Source: Candidatus Bipolaricaulota bacterium (GTDB taxonomy: Bacteria > Bipolaricaulota > Bipolaricaulia > UBA7950 > UBA9294). Taken from it: a DNA stretch of 64,000 bases. Location: assembly GCA_028277345.1 (NCBI GenBank), contig JANQGM010000039.1, positions 55,728 to 119,727 on the forward strand. The letters run 5' to 3'. The notes under the pieces are model-generated. The model saw only the letters and a list, made by a program, of their open reading frames with translations. It was not told the origin of the DNA and made no database searches. Below, one piece after another: positions 34,860-43,741 of this stretch. Position 1 is the first letter of the stretch. Every line of letters starts with the position of its first letter. The position numbers and the translations under genes are program-made.

Positions 34860-35401
34860 CTGAATCGTGCATTGTGGCTGAATTGCGGTTCGATTCAGAA
34901 ACCAATATCGCTGTGAGACAACGCTTGCATGCCGTTCATCAGTTCCTCGGAAAGGATGATCCAGAAGCATTTCATCCTCACGTTTCACTGATCCCCAGCA
35001 AGTCGTGCGATGAGGCGAATTGCCTGCAACAGATTCACGAAGTAATCGCGGAGGCGCCTCCTATTGAGGTTTCGTTCTCCCATTGGGGATGGTTCCCTTC
35101 GGGAGTTGCCTTTCTCGGTGTGACGCCGACCCAGCGGCTGCTTGATCTTCATGGCGTTGTGCACACGATCTTAGCTCCCAGCTCGGAAACGCCGTGGATC
35201 GATCTCTATTGCCCTGGTGCATGGGTGCCGCATTGCACCATGGCGACCGGATTATCCGTCAGCGATGGAATGCGCGCGATAGGCTACCTGAGCGCTTCAT
35301 TCGACGTCCCTCTTCGCGGAACCTGTGTGTCCGTCAATCTCATTCAACTTGCAGGCTCATCCGTCCGGCAAGTTGGTTCAGTCCGTTTCCAAGAAGCTTA
35401 G
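34856..35401 (+). CDS. 2H phosphoesterase superfamily protein (LigT / 2'-5' RNA ligase-like)
   Basis: Two HxS/T motifs (HPHVSL and PHCTMA) at the expected spacing. The ATG overlaps the upstream stop (ATGA). Confidence 0.7.
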   Translation: MTESCIVAELRFDSETNIAVRQRLHAVHQFLGKDDPEAFHPHVSLIPSKSCDEANCLQQIHEVIAEAPPIEVSFSHWGWFPSGVAFLGVTPTQRLLDLHGVVHTILAPSSETPWIDLYCPGAWVPHCTMATGLSVSDGMRAIGYLSASFDVPLRGTCVSVNLIQLAGSSVRQVGSVRFQEA

Positions 35402-37803
35402 GGTGTTTTTTCCGCGGCCGCCGAAGGGAAGTCGATGATGACGGATGTTCCTTCGCCCTCCACGGAGTGAATCTCGATCGTCCCTCCGTGTTCACGGATG
35501 ATGCCGAAGCTTACCGTTAGCCCTAGGCCCGTTCGTTCATCACGTGATTTCGTCGTGAAGAACGGATCGAAGGCCAGGGATGTGAGGTCATCTGACATCC
35601 CGACGCCGCGGTCGTGAATCACCACTCGAATCCATGTCTCGTTGTTCTTCCGATGCGGCTCAACGCGGATCGTCATCGTTTTGGAAGGGTCGAATCCGGG
35701 GTGCTTGAGATCCAGCGCATCTCTGGCATTCATCAGGAGGTTTACGAGAACCTGTTGGATTTGGGGGCGAGAGCAGTGGATGTCGGGAACCGGTGTATCA
35801 AGTTCGGTATGTACCGTAATCTGACTACGAAGAAGAGCGGTATTGATTAATGGAAGTGCATCACGAACGATGCTTCGCAGATTCGCCGGCTGGCGTACGC
35901 CCCGATCCTCTCGTGCGAAGGCAAGAAGATTCCTCACGATATGGGCGATCCGTTCCCCTTCCAATAGAATGTTTCGCGCATAGTTCACAGCATCCGGGTC
36001 CTCAATTCGTCCCTCGATGAGTTCGGCATAGCTCATCATCCCCATGAGAGGGTTGTTGATTTCATGAGCGACCCCTCCGGCCATCGTGCCCAGAGATTCC
36101 ATTCGTTGCTGATGACGAAGGGATTCTTCGGTCTGCTTGCGACGGGTGATGTCCGCGCAAAATGACACCAATCGGTTTGGCCCAAGGGTGACAGCGTCGA
36201 GCTGAACCCACAACTCCGAGCCGTCCTTTTTGATCAATCGCGTCTCTCCACTGACGATCCCGTTGGCCATCAGTGACTCGAAAAGGGACATTTCTACGTC
36301 GTCTCCGATACTCTGAGATATCCCGCGAATGCCAAGGCGCAAGAGTTCCTCCCGCGAATATCCCGTCATACGGCAGGCCGCGGGATTGGCATCGATAAGT
36401 TCTGCATCGGCATTGGCCACGAAAATGGCGATGGGCGCTTGCTCGATATAGGTCAACAGCCGGCGTTCGCTTTCACGAAGGGTCATTTCGGCGTGCTGAC
36501 GTTCAGCGATTTCACGTTGAAGGATTCCCATGTTTGAGGCGAGCTTTCGTCTCATCTCTTCGAAGGTCGTTGCGAGGTCCCGGAGTTCGCGGATTCGGCT
36601 AGGCGTGGGAAGGGCCTCCAAGTGCCCTTCGCCGATGGCGTGGGCAGCCGATGTCAGCGTCTCCATTGGCTTCGTGACCCATCTCACAATTCCGATCCCT
36701 GCCCCGGAAATGAGCACAAGCATGACAGCCAGCAGGAGGAGCGTCGTTCGTGTGCTCGTGACGATATTGCGCATGAAATCTCGCTCAGGCGCAACGATCA
36801 CGGAGAGCCATTCGATACCATAGGAATCGACGATCTGATGGATTTGGATGAACTGGCGGTCTCCGGAGATGCGAAACGCGTCCTGATGATCGTGGGTGAA
36901 TTCGAAGCCCCCCAAAGTATCTTGAATGTATCGAGCGGCATGACGAATCAGCGGTGCATCGCTTTCCCGCGAATGCAGTCGCCGAAAGGTCTCCGTTGTC
37001 TCATCCATGTCCAGTTGAGGTTCTTGGGTAGAGCTGGCAACGATGTGTCCTGTTCGGTCGACAATGAACCCCAATCCTTCGCGTCCGTACTCCAAGGTCC
37101 GCATGAACTCATCGATTTGGGATAAGAAGATGTCCGTCGATAGGACAAGAAGGAGGCCTCCCTCATCATCGTAGATAGGGTAGCTGGCGGCGATGGCCAT
37201 ATCGTGACCTGAGAATAGGACATAAATGTCGCTCCATGTGGCCTCTCCGGCGCGGAGGGCGGCTTGAAACCACGGACGCGTACGCGCGTCGAAGCTGGGG
37301 AGAGACAGCAAAAGGTTTCCACGTTGTCCGGATGCGTCGACGCTGAATTTCTGAAAGCTGCCGCTTTGAAACCCTTCGGTCTCGATGACGTAAAGCGGTC
37401 CACCGGCTCCCTCTCTCCCGGCATCGATCAGCCCTCCTGTGGGCGAACCGGCATAGATGCTGGAGATGGACTCATAGATCACGATCTGCTCAAGAAAAAG
37501 CGCTTCGAGTTCCCTCGGTTCGAATGCAGCGAGATCGACCAAGTGAAGGGCGGCGGCATTGGCTCGGTTAATCTCATGAGGAACAGCCAGAAACCGCTGA
37601 ATGTGCTCCTTAATTCGTGAGCCGATGGCTGATTGAACGGCCCGTGCGCCGTTCTCGGCGGATTGCTTCGACTGCCAGTGCCAGACTAAACTTGCGATCC
37701 CAAAGGATGCAATAAGCAAGATGATGAGGGATAGAACAACGGCGTCCCGAAGGCGGAGCCCCTTTGGAGGTTGGAGCTTCTCGGATGCGTATCTGGGGTT
37801 CAT
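35398..37803 (-). CDS. Orphan sensor histidine kinase (dCache-like extracytoplasmic domain, HAMP, PAS, HisKA, HATPase_c)
   Basis: H-box GVAHEINNPLMG, N-box LLMNARDAL, G-box DRGVGM and GLGLTVSF. A PAS segment follows the HAMP domain. No response regulator is adjacent. Confidence 0.88.
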   Translation of the reverse strand: MNPRYASEKLQPPKGLRLRDAVVLSLIILLIASFGIASLVWHWQSKQSAENGARAVQSAIGSRIKEHIQRFLAVPHEINRANAAALHLVDLAAFEPRELEALFLEQIVIYESISSIYAGSPTGGLIDAGREGAGGPLYVIETEGFQSGSFQKFSVDASGQRGNLLLSLPSFDARTRPWFQAALRAGEATWSDIYVLFSGHDMAIAASYPIYDDEGGLLLVLSTDIFLSQIDEFMRTLEYGREGLGFIVDRTGHIVASSTQEPQLDMDETTETFRRLHSRESDAPLIRHAARYIQDTLGGFEFTHDHQDAFRISGDRQFIQIHQIVDSYGIEWLSVIVAPERDFMRNIVTSTRTTLLLLAVMLVLISGAGIGIVRWVTKPMETLTSAAHAIGEGHLEALPTPSRIRELRDLATTFEEMRRKLASNMGILQREIAERQHAEMTLRESERRLLTYIEQAPIAIFVANADAELIDANPAACRMTGYSREELLRLGIRGISQSIGDDVEMSLFESLMANGIVSGETRLIKKDGSELWVQLDAVTLGPNRLVSFCADITRRKQTEESLRHQQRMESLGTMAGGVAHEINNPLMGMMSYAELIEGRIEDPDAVNYARNILLEGERIAHIVRNLLAFAREDRGVRQPANLRSIVRDALPLINTALLRSQITVHTELDTPVPDIHCSRPQIQQVLVNLLMNARDALDLKHPGFDPSKTMTIRVEPHRKNNETWIRVVIHDRGVGMSDDLTSLAFDPFFTTKSRDERTGLGLTVSFGIIREHGGTIEIHSVEGEGTSVIIDFPSAAAEKTP

Positions 37804-38056
37804 TGGAATCACCCTTAATCTGGACCTTACCATACACTATCACTATTTGAATCTGATGGTGCAGCGTGGCCACAAGGGACGATGACCAACCACGCTGCCG
37901 TTGCGAAATAGACCGAAGCGTTGATGCTTGGGAAGGTCTCTTCAAAACGGGTCTTTCGATCGGGGCACCCTCGTTTTTCAGCGCTTTCTTGAGCGAAGCG
38001 GATGGGTCGTATCCAGTCGTGTGCATTGATATCTCGCCTTCCGGTATGCTCTTCGC

Positions 38057-38533
38057 ATGGCTGATCAACCGCTCTACAAACGATCGAATACCCGCGTCCA
38101 AGCCATTGTTGTACGCGCCCGGCAGATCCTTATGGCGAAGCGTCGAGCCCCATCGGGCGAGTATTGGTGTCTTCCCGGAGGTGCGCTTGAGCCCCACGAA
38201 ACGCTAGAAGAGGCTGTCATTCGCGAGTTACGTGAAGAATGTCAGGTTGCGGGGACGGTTCTCCGGCTGACCAGCAATCTGATCGAGGCATCAGGTGTTG
38301 AGTCCTTTACCTATCTGGTGTCCATTGGAGATCAAGAACCCAAGCTGGGACACGACCCGGAAGTCGACGAGGCGAATCCTATTTTGATTGATGTTCGCTG
38401 GATGGCTTTGGATGATATTCCCGAACGGGATCGCGCGTTTCTTTGGCAAGCTGGATTGATGACGGTTCCGGGATTCCTCGAAGAGGTTGAAGCCTGGGGA
38501 GATGCGATCAGCTGCCCGGACTGTATCGGCTAG
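38057..38533 (+). CDS. NUDIX hydrolase
   Basis: Nudix box GGALEPHETLEEAVIRELREECQV. Confidence 0.85.
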   Translation: MADQPLYKRSNTRVQAIVVRARQILMAKRRAPSGEYWCLPGGALEPHETLEEAVIRELREECQVAGTVLRLTSNLIEASGVESFTYLVSIGDQEPKLGHDPEVDEANPILIDVRWMALDDIPERDRAFLWQAGLMTVPGFLEEVEAWGDAISCPDCIG

Positions 38534-38579
38534 CCTGTTGCCGCCGTTGGCGGCCAGAGAGATGAGAGCGAAACGTCGT

Positions 38580-39047
38580 TTAGGAGGGAGCTTGCAGCGA
38601 ACGACGCAAGCGTTCGCGCCGCTCACGGTGCCGAGGATGGGCGTCGATGGCGGGATTGTAGATGTCGTGCTGTAGTACGTCGGCATCCTTCAAGAGTTCT
38701 TCGAAAGGGCCATGCACAACGTCCTTTTCGGAATGGTGCGTGATGGCCGAGCAGATCGTATCAATCTCCTCGTCAGAGAAGGATTTCGTGGATCGTAGGA
38801 TGTGCCGCGCGCGGGCCGCGCTACGCAGGCCGTGATGCGTTGGATCCCCTGTTTCGTAGCTGACCAAGTCATGCAACATCCCGGCGACGGCGGCGATTTC
38901 TTCATCCAATCCTCGGGTTCGAGCGATCAAGACAGCGGTTGCTGAAACGCCGTAAAGATGGACAAACCCACAACGCATCTCTACGCGATCCATCATTCGA
39001 TCGAGGAGCTTGTCGACGATATTGCGGACGTCTTCGAGTCGATTCAT
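38580..39047 (-). CDS. HD-domain phosphohydrolase
   Basis: 155 aa with HLYGVS...AGMLHDL (the HD dyad) and a downstream ITHH. Confidence 0.75.
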   Translation of the reverse strand: MNRLEDVRNIVDKLLDRMMDRVEMRCGFVHLYGVSATAVLIARTRGLDEEIAAVAGMLHDLVSYETGDPTHHGLRSAARARHILRSTKSFSDEEIDTICSAITHHSEKDVVHGPFEELLKDADVLQHDIYNPAIDAHPRHRERRERLRRSLQAPS

Positions 39048-39174
39048 GGGCTAAGCATACCCGCATTTTGCGGATGCTTCGGCTTGGGGTGATGGGGTCG
39101 CATGCCATAGGATAGGGCGTCGGCGTCAGTGTTTACCTCAGCATTTACCTCTTTTTGGCTCCATCCTCCGTTTC

Positions 39175-40096
39175 TTGTTGATGGAGAGCGTTGAATTTCG
39201 ATATGGAGAAAACATGCAAATCTCTGGTTTAGCGTTATCTGATGTGCAAGACGTTTTGAGCGATGTCCTTGACGAGCGCGTACGTGGGATTGAGGTGCAT
39301 CCTCTTGAGGAGAGCTTGAGAGAACGGCCGTGGCGATTGGAGCTTGAGCTTGCGCGGACACACGTCAAGTTCTACTCCGGGGTGGAAAGGGATGCAGCCG
39401 GAATGAGGCCGTCGCGTTGCGCTTCATGCAGACTCAGGAGATCCCTGCGCCTGTCGTTTTGCTTTGGGATGAATCAAGCGATCGACTAGAGCAGCCGGTC
39501 TTCATCTCCGAGTTCGTTGACGGAGAGCCTCTGCTTCCGCCATGAAAGCGCAAGAGTCATGGGCATTGGACCTGTACATCGCGACCGCATTGCGATTGCA
39601 GTCAATCGAGCGGTGCGATGTCCCACCTGATACCCTGGAGAACCTTGAAGTGGGCGAATCGGCAGAAGATGTGCTGCCTGAGGCGTATCACATGATGGCA
39701 ACAAAGGACGATCCTGTGGAGCGAGCCTAGGCACGGCTATGCGGGCAACGCCCTGAAAGGATCACGCCTCAATTCAGCAATGGCGACCTCTGGCCTGAGA
39801 ATCTTCTCATCCGGGATCGGCAGCTTGTCGGTGTCATCGATTGGCAACATGCCGGATTTAGCGATCCGCTGTTCGAGTTTCTTCTCCCCTTCTTTCTCGT
39901 TCCAGAGCTACGAGGACTGGGTATGGAGGAGAGGTTTTGTCGTCACAAAGGCATCGATCCATCTGCCTTGTCCTGGCACCACGGACTCGAGTTCTTTGAT
40001 TCTCTGCGATGGGTCATGAAGACGGGGAAGCCTTACGAGATGCACACCGAGGAGAGCCTCCGCGCCGATCTTGAGCGCTGGCTCAGCGAGGGCTGA
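39175..40096 (+). pseudogene. Decayed APH/phosphotransferase-family gene (two frame changes plus an in-frame stop)
   Basis: Pieces lie in three frames: 39175 to about 39400; 39405-39545 (EAVALRFMQTQEIPAPVVLLWDES...FISEFVDGEPLLP, then TGA); and 39542-40096 with TAG at 39728-39730. The last piece encodes NGDLWPENLLIRDRQLVGVIDWQHAGFSDPLFEF, which is the catalytic loop. Confidence 0.7.
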
Positions 40097-40117
40097 TTCA
40101 GCGAACGGGTGGGGCGG

Positions 40118-40666
40118 CTAGCCGTCCCACTCGTCTGCCAGAATGGCATAGCGAACCGTGTCGATCCATGCCCCATCCGGGTTCTCTGGGGCATGAGCCT
40201 TGACGAAATGCGCTTCCTTACGCATTCCCAAGCGCTCCATCAGCTTCCATGAGCGCTCGTTCGTGAGGGGGGTGCCCGCAAAGATCCGATGATAGTTGCA
40301 TTCAGTGAATGCGTGGGTGATGAGTGCGCGCGCGGCTTCCGTCGCCAAGCCTTGCGCGCGATGATCGATGCTGAATCCCCAGCCGATCTCGCCTTGCCTC
40401 TCTCCATCGCTAACGAGACTGAGTAAGCCAATCACGCAGCCACTCTCCTTCAACTCCACGGCCAAATCGACGCACTGGTTCGCTTCGAACAGGGAATAAC
40501 CGGCTTGCGTGTCGATGTAATTCATCAGCTTGCCGCGATCTTCGCGAGGGATATTGGCGGTTTCCCGAGCGACCGATTCGTGACGTGTCAGCGCCACGAG
40601 ATCGTCAATATCCGAATAGGCAAAGCGGCGAATGATCAGCCGGGCTGTGCGAATGGGTAATGTCAC
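40118..40666 (-). CDS. GNAT-family N-acetyltransferase (RimJ/RimL-like)
   Basis: ARLIIRRFAYSDIDDL...EIGWGFSIDHRAQGLATEAARALITHAF...NERSWKLMERLGM. Confidence 0.85.
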   Translation of the reverse strand: MTLPIRTARLIIRRFAYSDIDDLVALTRHESVARETANIPREDRGKLMNYIDTQAGYSLFEANQCVDLAVELKESGCVIGLLSLVSDGERQGEIGWGFSIDHRAQGLATEAARALITHAFTECNYHRIFAGTPLTNERSWKLMERLGMRKEAHFVKAHAPENPDGAWIDTVRYAILADEWDG

Positions 40667-40878
40667 AAGCGCTCTCTCCTCTGCTCTCGGCGATAGCCGC
40701 CAGGGCTCAAGATCGACAGACTCATGCTCTTGCTAGATTCCGTCGCTGAAACTCCTACGGAAACAGCCGATGTCTGTTCCATTACTCATTGTATCTGGAA
40801 CAGATCCAACCCGGGCACGATGGAATGCGAAGCAGCTCTCGACGGACGATCGCGGGGTGAGTTTTGTATAGTCAGTGC

Positions 40879-41889
40879 ATGGAGGCGAAGGTGCAAGGTC
40901 CCAAGCGAAAGCGAACCCTGGAGAACGTCAGTCTTGTCGTTGATCACGATGCCAAGGCGTGTGGCGAGTTGGGGTACTGTCACTCTTTTGTGATCTGCCT
41001 TGCCACAGCCCTGGATGCGGCCGGTTATGCGATTGAGCCCGCGTGGTTGATGGGTGCTACGGGCTTCGCCTTTCGCATCTGGGTCCATGATCGGCTCCTG
41101 CCTCACAATATGAATACGTTCGACTGGAATCTCATTCTTCCTCAGGCGGTGGCTCGCGCGGGTGTCAGTCCCATCTACTTCCAGCGAGGAATCGATCGCT
41201 TGGACCGCGAAGCCGAATTCCGCGAGCGTGCTCATGACGCCATTCGACACTCCATTGATCGTGGAATCCCCGTGATCGCGTGGGATCTCAATGATCCTCC
41301 GATGTGGGGACTGATTGTGGGGTACAACGATCACCTTGAAACCTACGATACGATGGCCATCATGGATTACAGGATGCCTTTACCCTATGGGGCGCTTGGT
41401 CAGCGGGATGTCCAGATTCTCTCGGTCATGATTTTGGGCAACGAACGGGAGTTGAATGAAGCTGAGACGCTACGGCAAACCCTAGAAACAGCCCTCCTCC
41501 ATGCTGAAGGGAAAGAAGGACGATCGTTTGCGGAGATGGCGTCCGGACTTGCGGCCTATGACCTTTGGGCTGAGCGAATGACGCCAGGAGCGTTGGCCAG
41601 GCACGAGCTTCAGTTCGCCGCCTACTATGCAGAGATGTTTTACTCCTTCCGCTACTACGCAAGGGAGTATTTACGGAAACATGCACTGGGAGCTGCGGCG
41701 CTTGAGCGTGCTGCCCATGCCTACGGCGATGTTGCCGAAGTGCTTCGAGGCGTTCATGCGGCCTTGAGCGACCTCTGCCCACTTACGGATGCGCAGCGCA
41801 TCGGCATTGCCGATGACATCCTCCTAGCCAAAGCGCACGAGATCCGAGGGTTGCAGTTCGTGCAAGAGTTCCTTGAAACCAAGCGGTGA
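40879..41889 (+). CDS. Hypothetical protein, possibly BtrH_N/DUF4872-like (papain-like fold), tentative
   Basis: The N-terminus is GYCHSFVICLATALDAAGYAIEPAWLMGATGFAFRIW. The C-terminal half is helical. The assignment is from memory of family patterns only. Confidence 0.4.
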   Translation: MEAKVQGPKRKRTLENVSLVVDHDAKACGELGYCHSFVICLATALDAAGYAIEPAWLMGATGFAFRIWVHDRLLPHNMNTFDWNLILPQAVARAGVSPIYFQRGIDRLDREAEFRERAHDAIRHSIDRGIPVIAWDLNDPPMWGLIVGYNDHLETYDTMAIMDYRMPLPYGALGQRDVQILSVMILGNERELNEAETLRQTLETALLHAEGKEGRSFAEMASGLAAYDLWAERMTPGALARHELQFAAYYAEMFYSFRYYAREYLRKHALGAAALERAAHAYGDVAEVLRGVHAALSDLCPLTDAQRIGIADDILLAKAHEIRGLQFVQEFLETKR

Positions 41890-41925
41890 TCGCGCCCCTT
41901 TGGGCGCGCGACCGCTTGGCTTTTT
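41881..41925 (+). terminator. Rho-independent-type terminator between convergent genes
   Basis: A nested stem AAGCGGT-GAT-CGCGCCC-CTTT-GGGCGCG-CG-ACCGCTT is followed by GGCTTTTTCT. Confidence 0.7.
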
Positions 41926-41948
41926 CTGGACCACGTTGCGAGACGCCT

Positions 41949-42785
41949 CTAGGGCTTGATCGCGCGGACGCTGATGCTGGCGATTGTTCCTGCTAAGTCT
42001 CTTGCTGACTCGAGTGTCAGACCTAATGCTTCAAGATCGATCTCTTCGCCGTCGAAGACGATCGTGCCCTTCGGCGAGGTCGGAAACGCCGCGCTGAAAG
42101 GGGTTTCTGCAACGATCTCTATGCGTTCGAAGCCAGCGTTGCGGATGTGGTCAAGGTAATCACCCTTCATTGAGGCGCCGGCAACGCAGCCGACATAGGC
42201 CTCAATGGAGCGCTTGATGGCCGCCGGGAGCGGCTTCAACTGAACGATATCTGAGATCATGAGACGTCCCCCCGGGCTCAATACGCGGAAGGCTTCGCGG
42301 AAGACCTGCGGCTTGTCCGGCGAGAGGTTGACGACGCAATTGGACAGGATGACGTCGATTGCCTCATCGGCGACAGGCAGGTGCTCGATTTCGCCGAGCC
42401 GGAATTCGACATTTCGGATTCCATGACGCTCGGCATTTGTGCGTGCACGATCGATCATCTCCGCCGTCATATCCACACCGATGACGGCGCCATCATCACC
42501 CACAGCATCGGCTGCGAGGAAGCAGTCGATGCCCGCGCCTGAACCTAAATCGAGAACCCGTTCTCCGGGCTTCAACGAAGCAAGCGCCGTTGGGTTACCG
42601 CACCCGAGCCCCAAGTCCGCGCCTTCGGGGAGCGACGCAAGTTGTTCCCGGCTATAGCCGACACGGGTGCTGGCTGATGACGAGCAGCATGACGAGGAAG
42701 ATGATGTGCAGCAACCCGCACCGCGCCGCGCTGCTTCTCCGTATCGTTCTCGAACGGCCTTTCGAACGCTGTCTGTTGACTCCAT
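41949..42785 (-). CDS. arsM: Arsenite S-adenosylmethionine methyltransferase
   Basis: Cys-rich N-terminus (GCCTSSSSSCCSS), then LGLGCGNP, SAM motif VLDLGSGAGID, and ILSNCVVNLSPDK and YVGCVAGA containing the conserved Cys residues. Confidence 0.85.
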   Translation of the reverse strand: MESTDSVRKAVRERYGEAARRGAGCCTSSSSSCCSSSASTRVGYSREQLASLPEGADLGLGCGNPTALASLKPGERVLDLGSGAGIDCFLAADAVGDDGAVIGVDMTAEMIDRARTNAERHGIRNVEFRLGEIEHLPVADEAIDVILSNCVVNLSPDKPQVFREAFRVLSPGGRLMISDIVQLKPLPAAIKRSIEAYVGCVAGASMKGDYLDHIRNAGFERIEIVAETPFSAAFPTSPKGTIVFDGEEIDLEALGLTLESARDLAGTIASISVRAIKP

Positions 42786-42794
42786 GAGACGCTC

Positions 42795-43067
42795 CTATTC
42801 GTGGGATTCGTGCAGATGGGAGATGTTGCCGAGAGTGGATTGAACGACTTGAACCAAGTCATCGGCCTTGGTGAGTAGAATGCAGCAGACGTTCCCCTCC
42901 TTCTCGATGGTCGTGAGCGCGAGCTTGTCCTTTGCTTTGATTCCCGCACGCAGGCGGACGTCCTTTGGCAAGACCATCTGTCCGCGCTCGTCGACTGAAA
43001 CGAGCGATTCGACCTTGAGGCAATGTCCTCCACACGATCCAAGGGGGTTCGCGACCGGCTCCGTCAT
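42795..43067 (-). CDS. AbrB/MazE/SpoVT-family DNA-binding protein with extra Cys/His residues
   Basis: The SpoVT-AbrB core is VSVDERGQMVLPKDVRLRAGIKAKDKL. There is an N-terminal SCGGHC, an internal CC, and a C-terminal HLHESHE. It lies 9 nt upstream of arsM. Confidence 0.75.
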   Translation of the reverse strand: MTEPVANPLGSCGGHCLKVESLVSVDERGQMVLPKDVRLRAGIKAKDKLALTTIEKEGNVCCILLTKADDLVQVVQSTLGNISHLHESHE

Positions 43068-43084
43068 GTCTGCCTCCGTATTTA

Positions 43085-43096
43085 CTGATTAATCAG
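43085..43096. promoter_or_regulatory. Perfect 12-bp palindrome CTGATTAATCAG in the AT-rich divergent promoter region
   Basis: It lies 18 nt upstream of the AbrB-like start. It is followed by two AGATTAG direct repeats (43095-43101 and 43113-43119). Local GC is about 28%. Confidence 0.45.
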
Positions 43097-43185
43097 ATTA
43101 GTAAGAATAACAAGATTAGACTGAATATCAAGCGAGTTGTTCTGGATGGGCGCTCACGTTAGGCTCGTTTGAGAGAGGAGGAAGG

Positions 43186-43740
43186 ATGAGAAAAGGGGTT
43201 ACTTTCGTGTTTCTTCTATTGATCGGATGGATGGCTCTCGCGGATCAGGCGCCGTTGCTCGCTGTGGAGAGCGTGGACCTTGAACGCTATATGGGACGAT
43301 GGTTTGCTATCGCCAGCATTCCGACATCCTTTGAACGACAGTGCGCTCAAGGAACGACGGCCGAGTACCAGCTGATGGAGAATGGCAAGGTTCAGGTCAT
43401 CAATACCTGCTACGATACGGATGGAAACGTGGATATTGCCCGCGGCGCCGCATGGCTTCCGAACCGTGCTGAGCCGAGCAAACTGAAGGTGAGTTTCGTC
43501 AAGTTCCTCGGAGGATGGTGGTTCGGCGCCCCTTACTGGATTATTGACTTGGCCGCTGATTATTCTTTCGCCGTTGTTGGCCATCCGTCACGCACGTTCG
43601 GATGGGTTCTCTGCCGCACGCCAGCCATGCCCGAAGAAGTTCTGAGTGGGATTATCGAACGATTGGAGCTACAGGGGTATCGATGGTCGGAGTTCCGGAT
43701 GATCGATCAGTCCGTCAACCTTCCAGAAGGGGCGAGTTGA
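43186..43740 (+). CDS. blc: Bacterial lipocalin (Blc-like)
   Basis: It has a signal peptide. LERYMGRWFAIASIPTSFE...NTCYD...YWIIDLAADYSFAVVG is the typical Blc signature. Confidence 0.85.
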   Translation: MRKGVTFVFLLLIGWMALADQAPLLAVESVDLERYMGRWFAIASIPTSFERQCAQGTTAEYQLMENGKVQVINTCYDTDGNVDIARGAAWLPNRAEPSKLKVSFVKFLGGWWFGAPYWIIDLAADYSFAVVGHPSRTFGWVLCRTPAMPEEVLSGIIERLELQGYRWSEFRMIDQSVNLPEGAS

Positions 43741-43741
43741 G

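Noticed and set aside
37517-37524. A GGTTCGAA T-loop-like motif as a tRNA hint (also at 57111-57118).
   Set aside because: Both lie inside well-supported CDS, and I could not fold flanking sequence into acceptor or anticodon stems. I found no tRNA, rRNA or tmRNA in the window.
37610-38197. A 195-aa minus-strand ORF spanning the kinase/Nudix intergenic region.
   Set aside because: It overlaps both neighbouring genes, and it has biased composition and no motif. The 9-bp hairpin at 37861-37898 inside it is noted, but I cannot assign it a function.
38535-38557. A GC hairpin (CTG-TT-GCCGCC-GTT-GGCGGC-CAG) between the convergent Nudix and HD genes, as a terminator.
   Set aside because: The stem is short and interrupted, with no U-tract on either strand. 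It is plausible but too weak to list as a feature.
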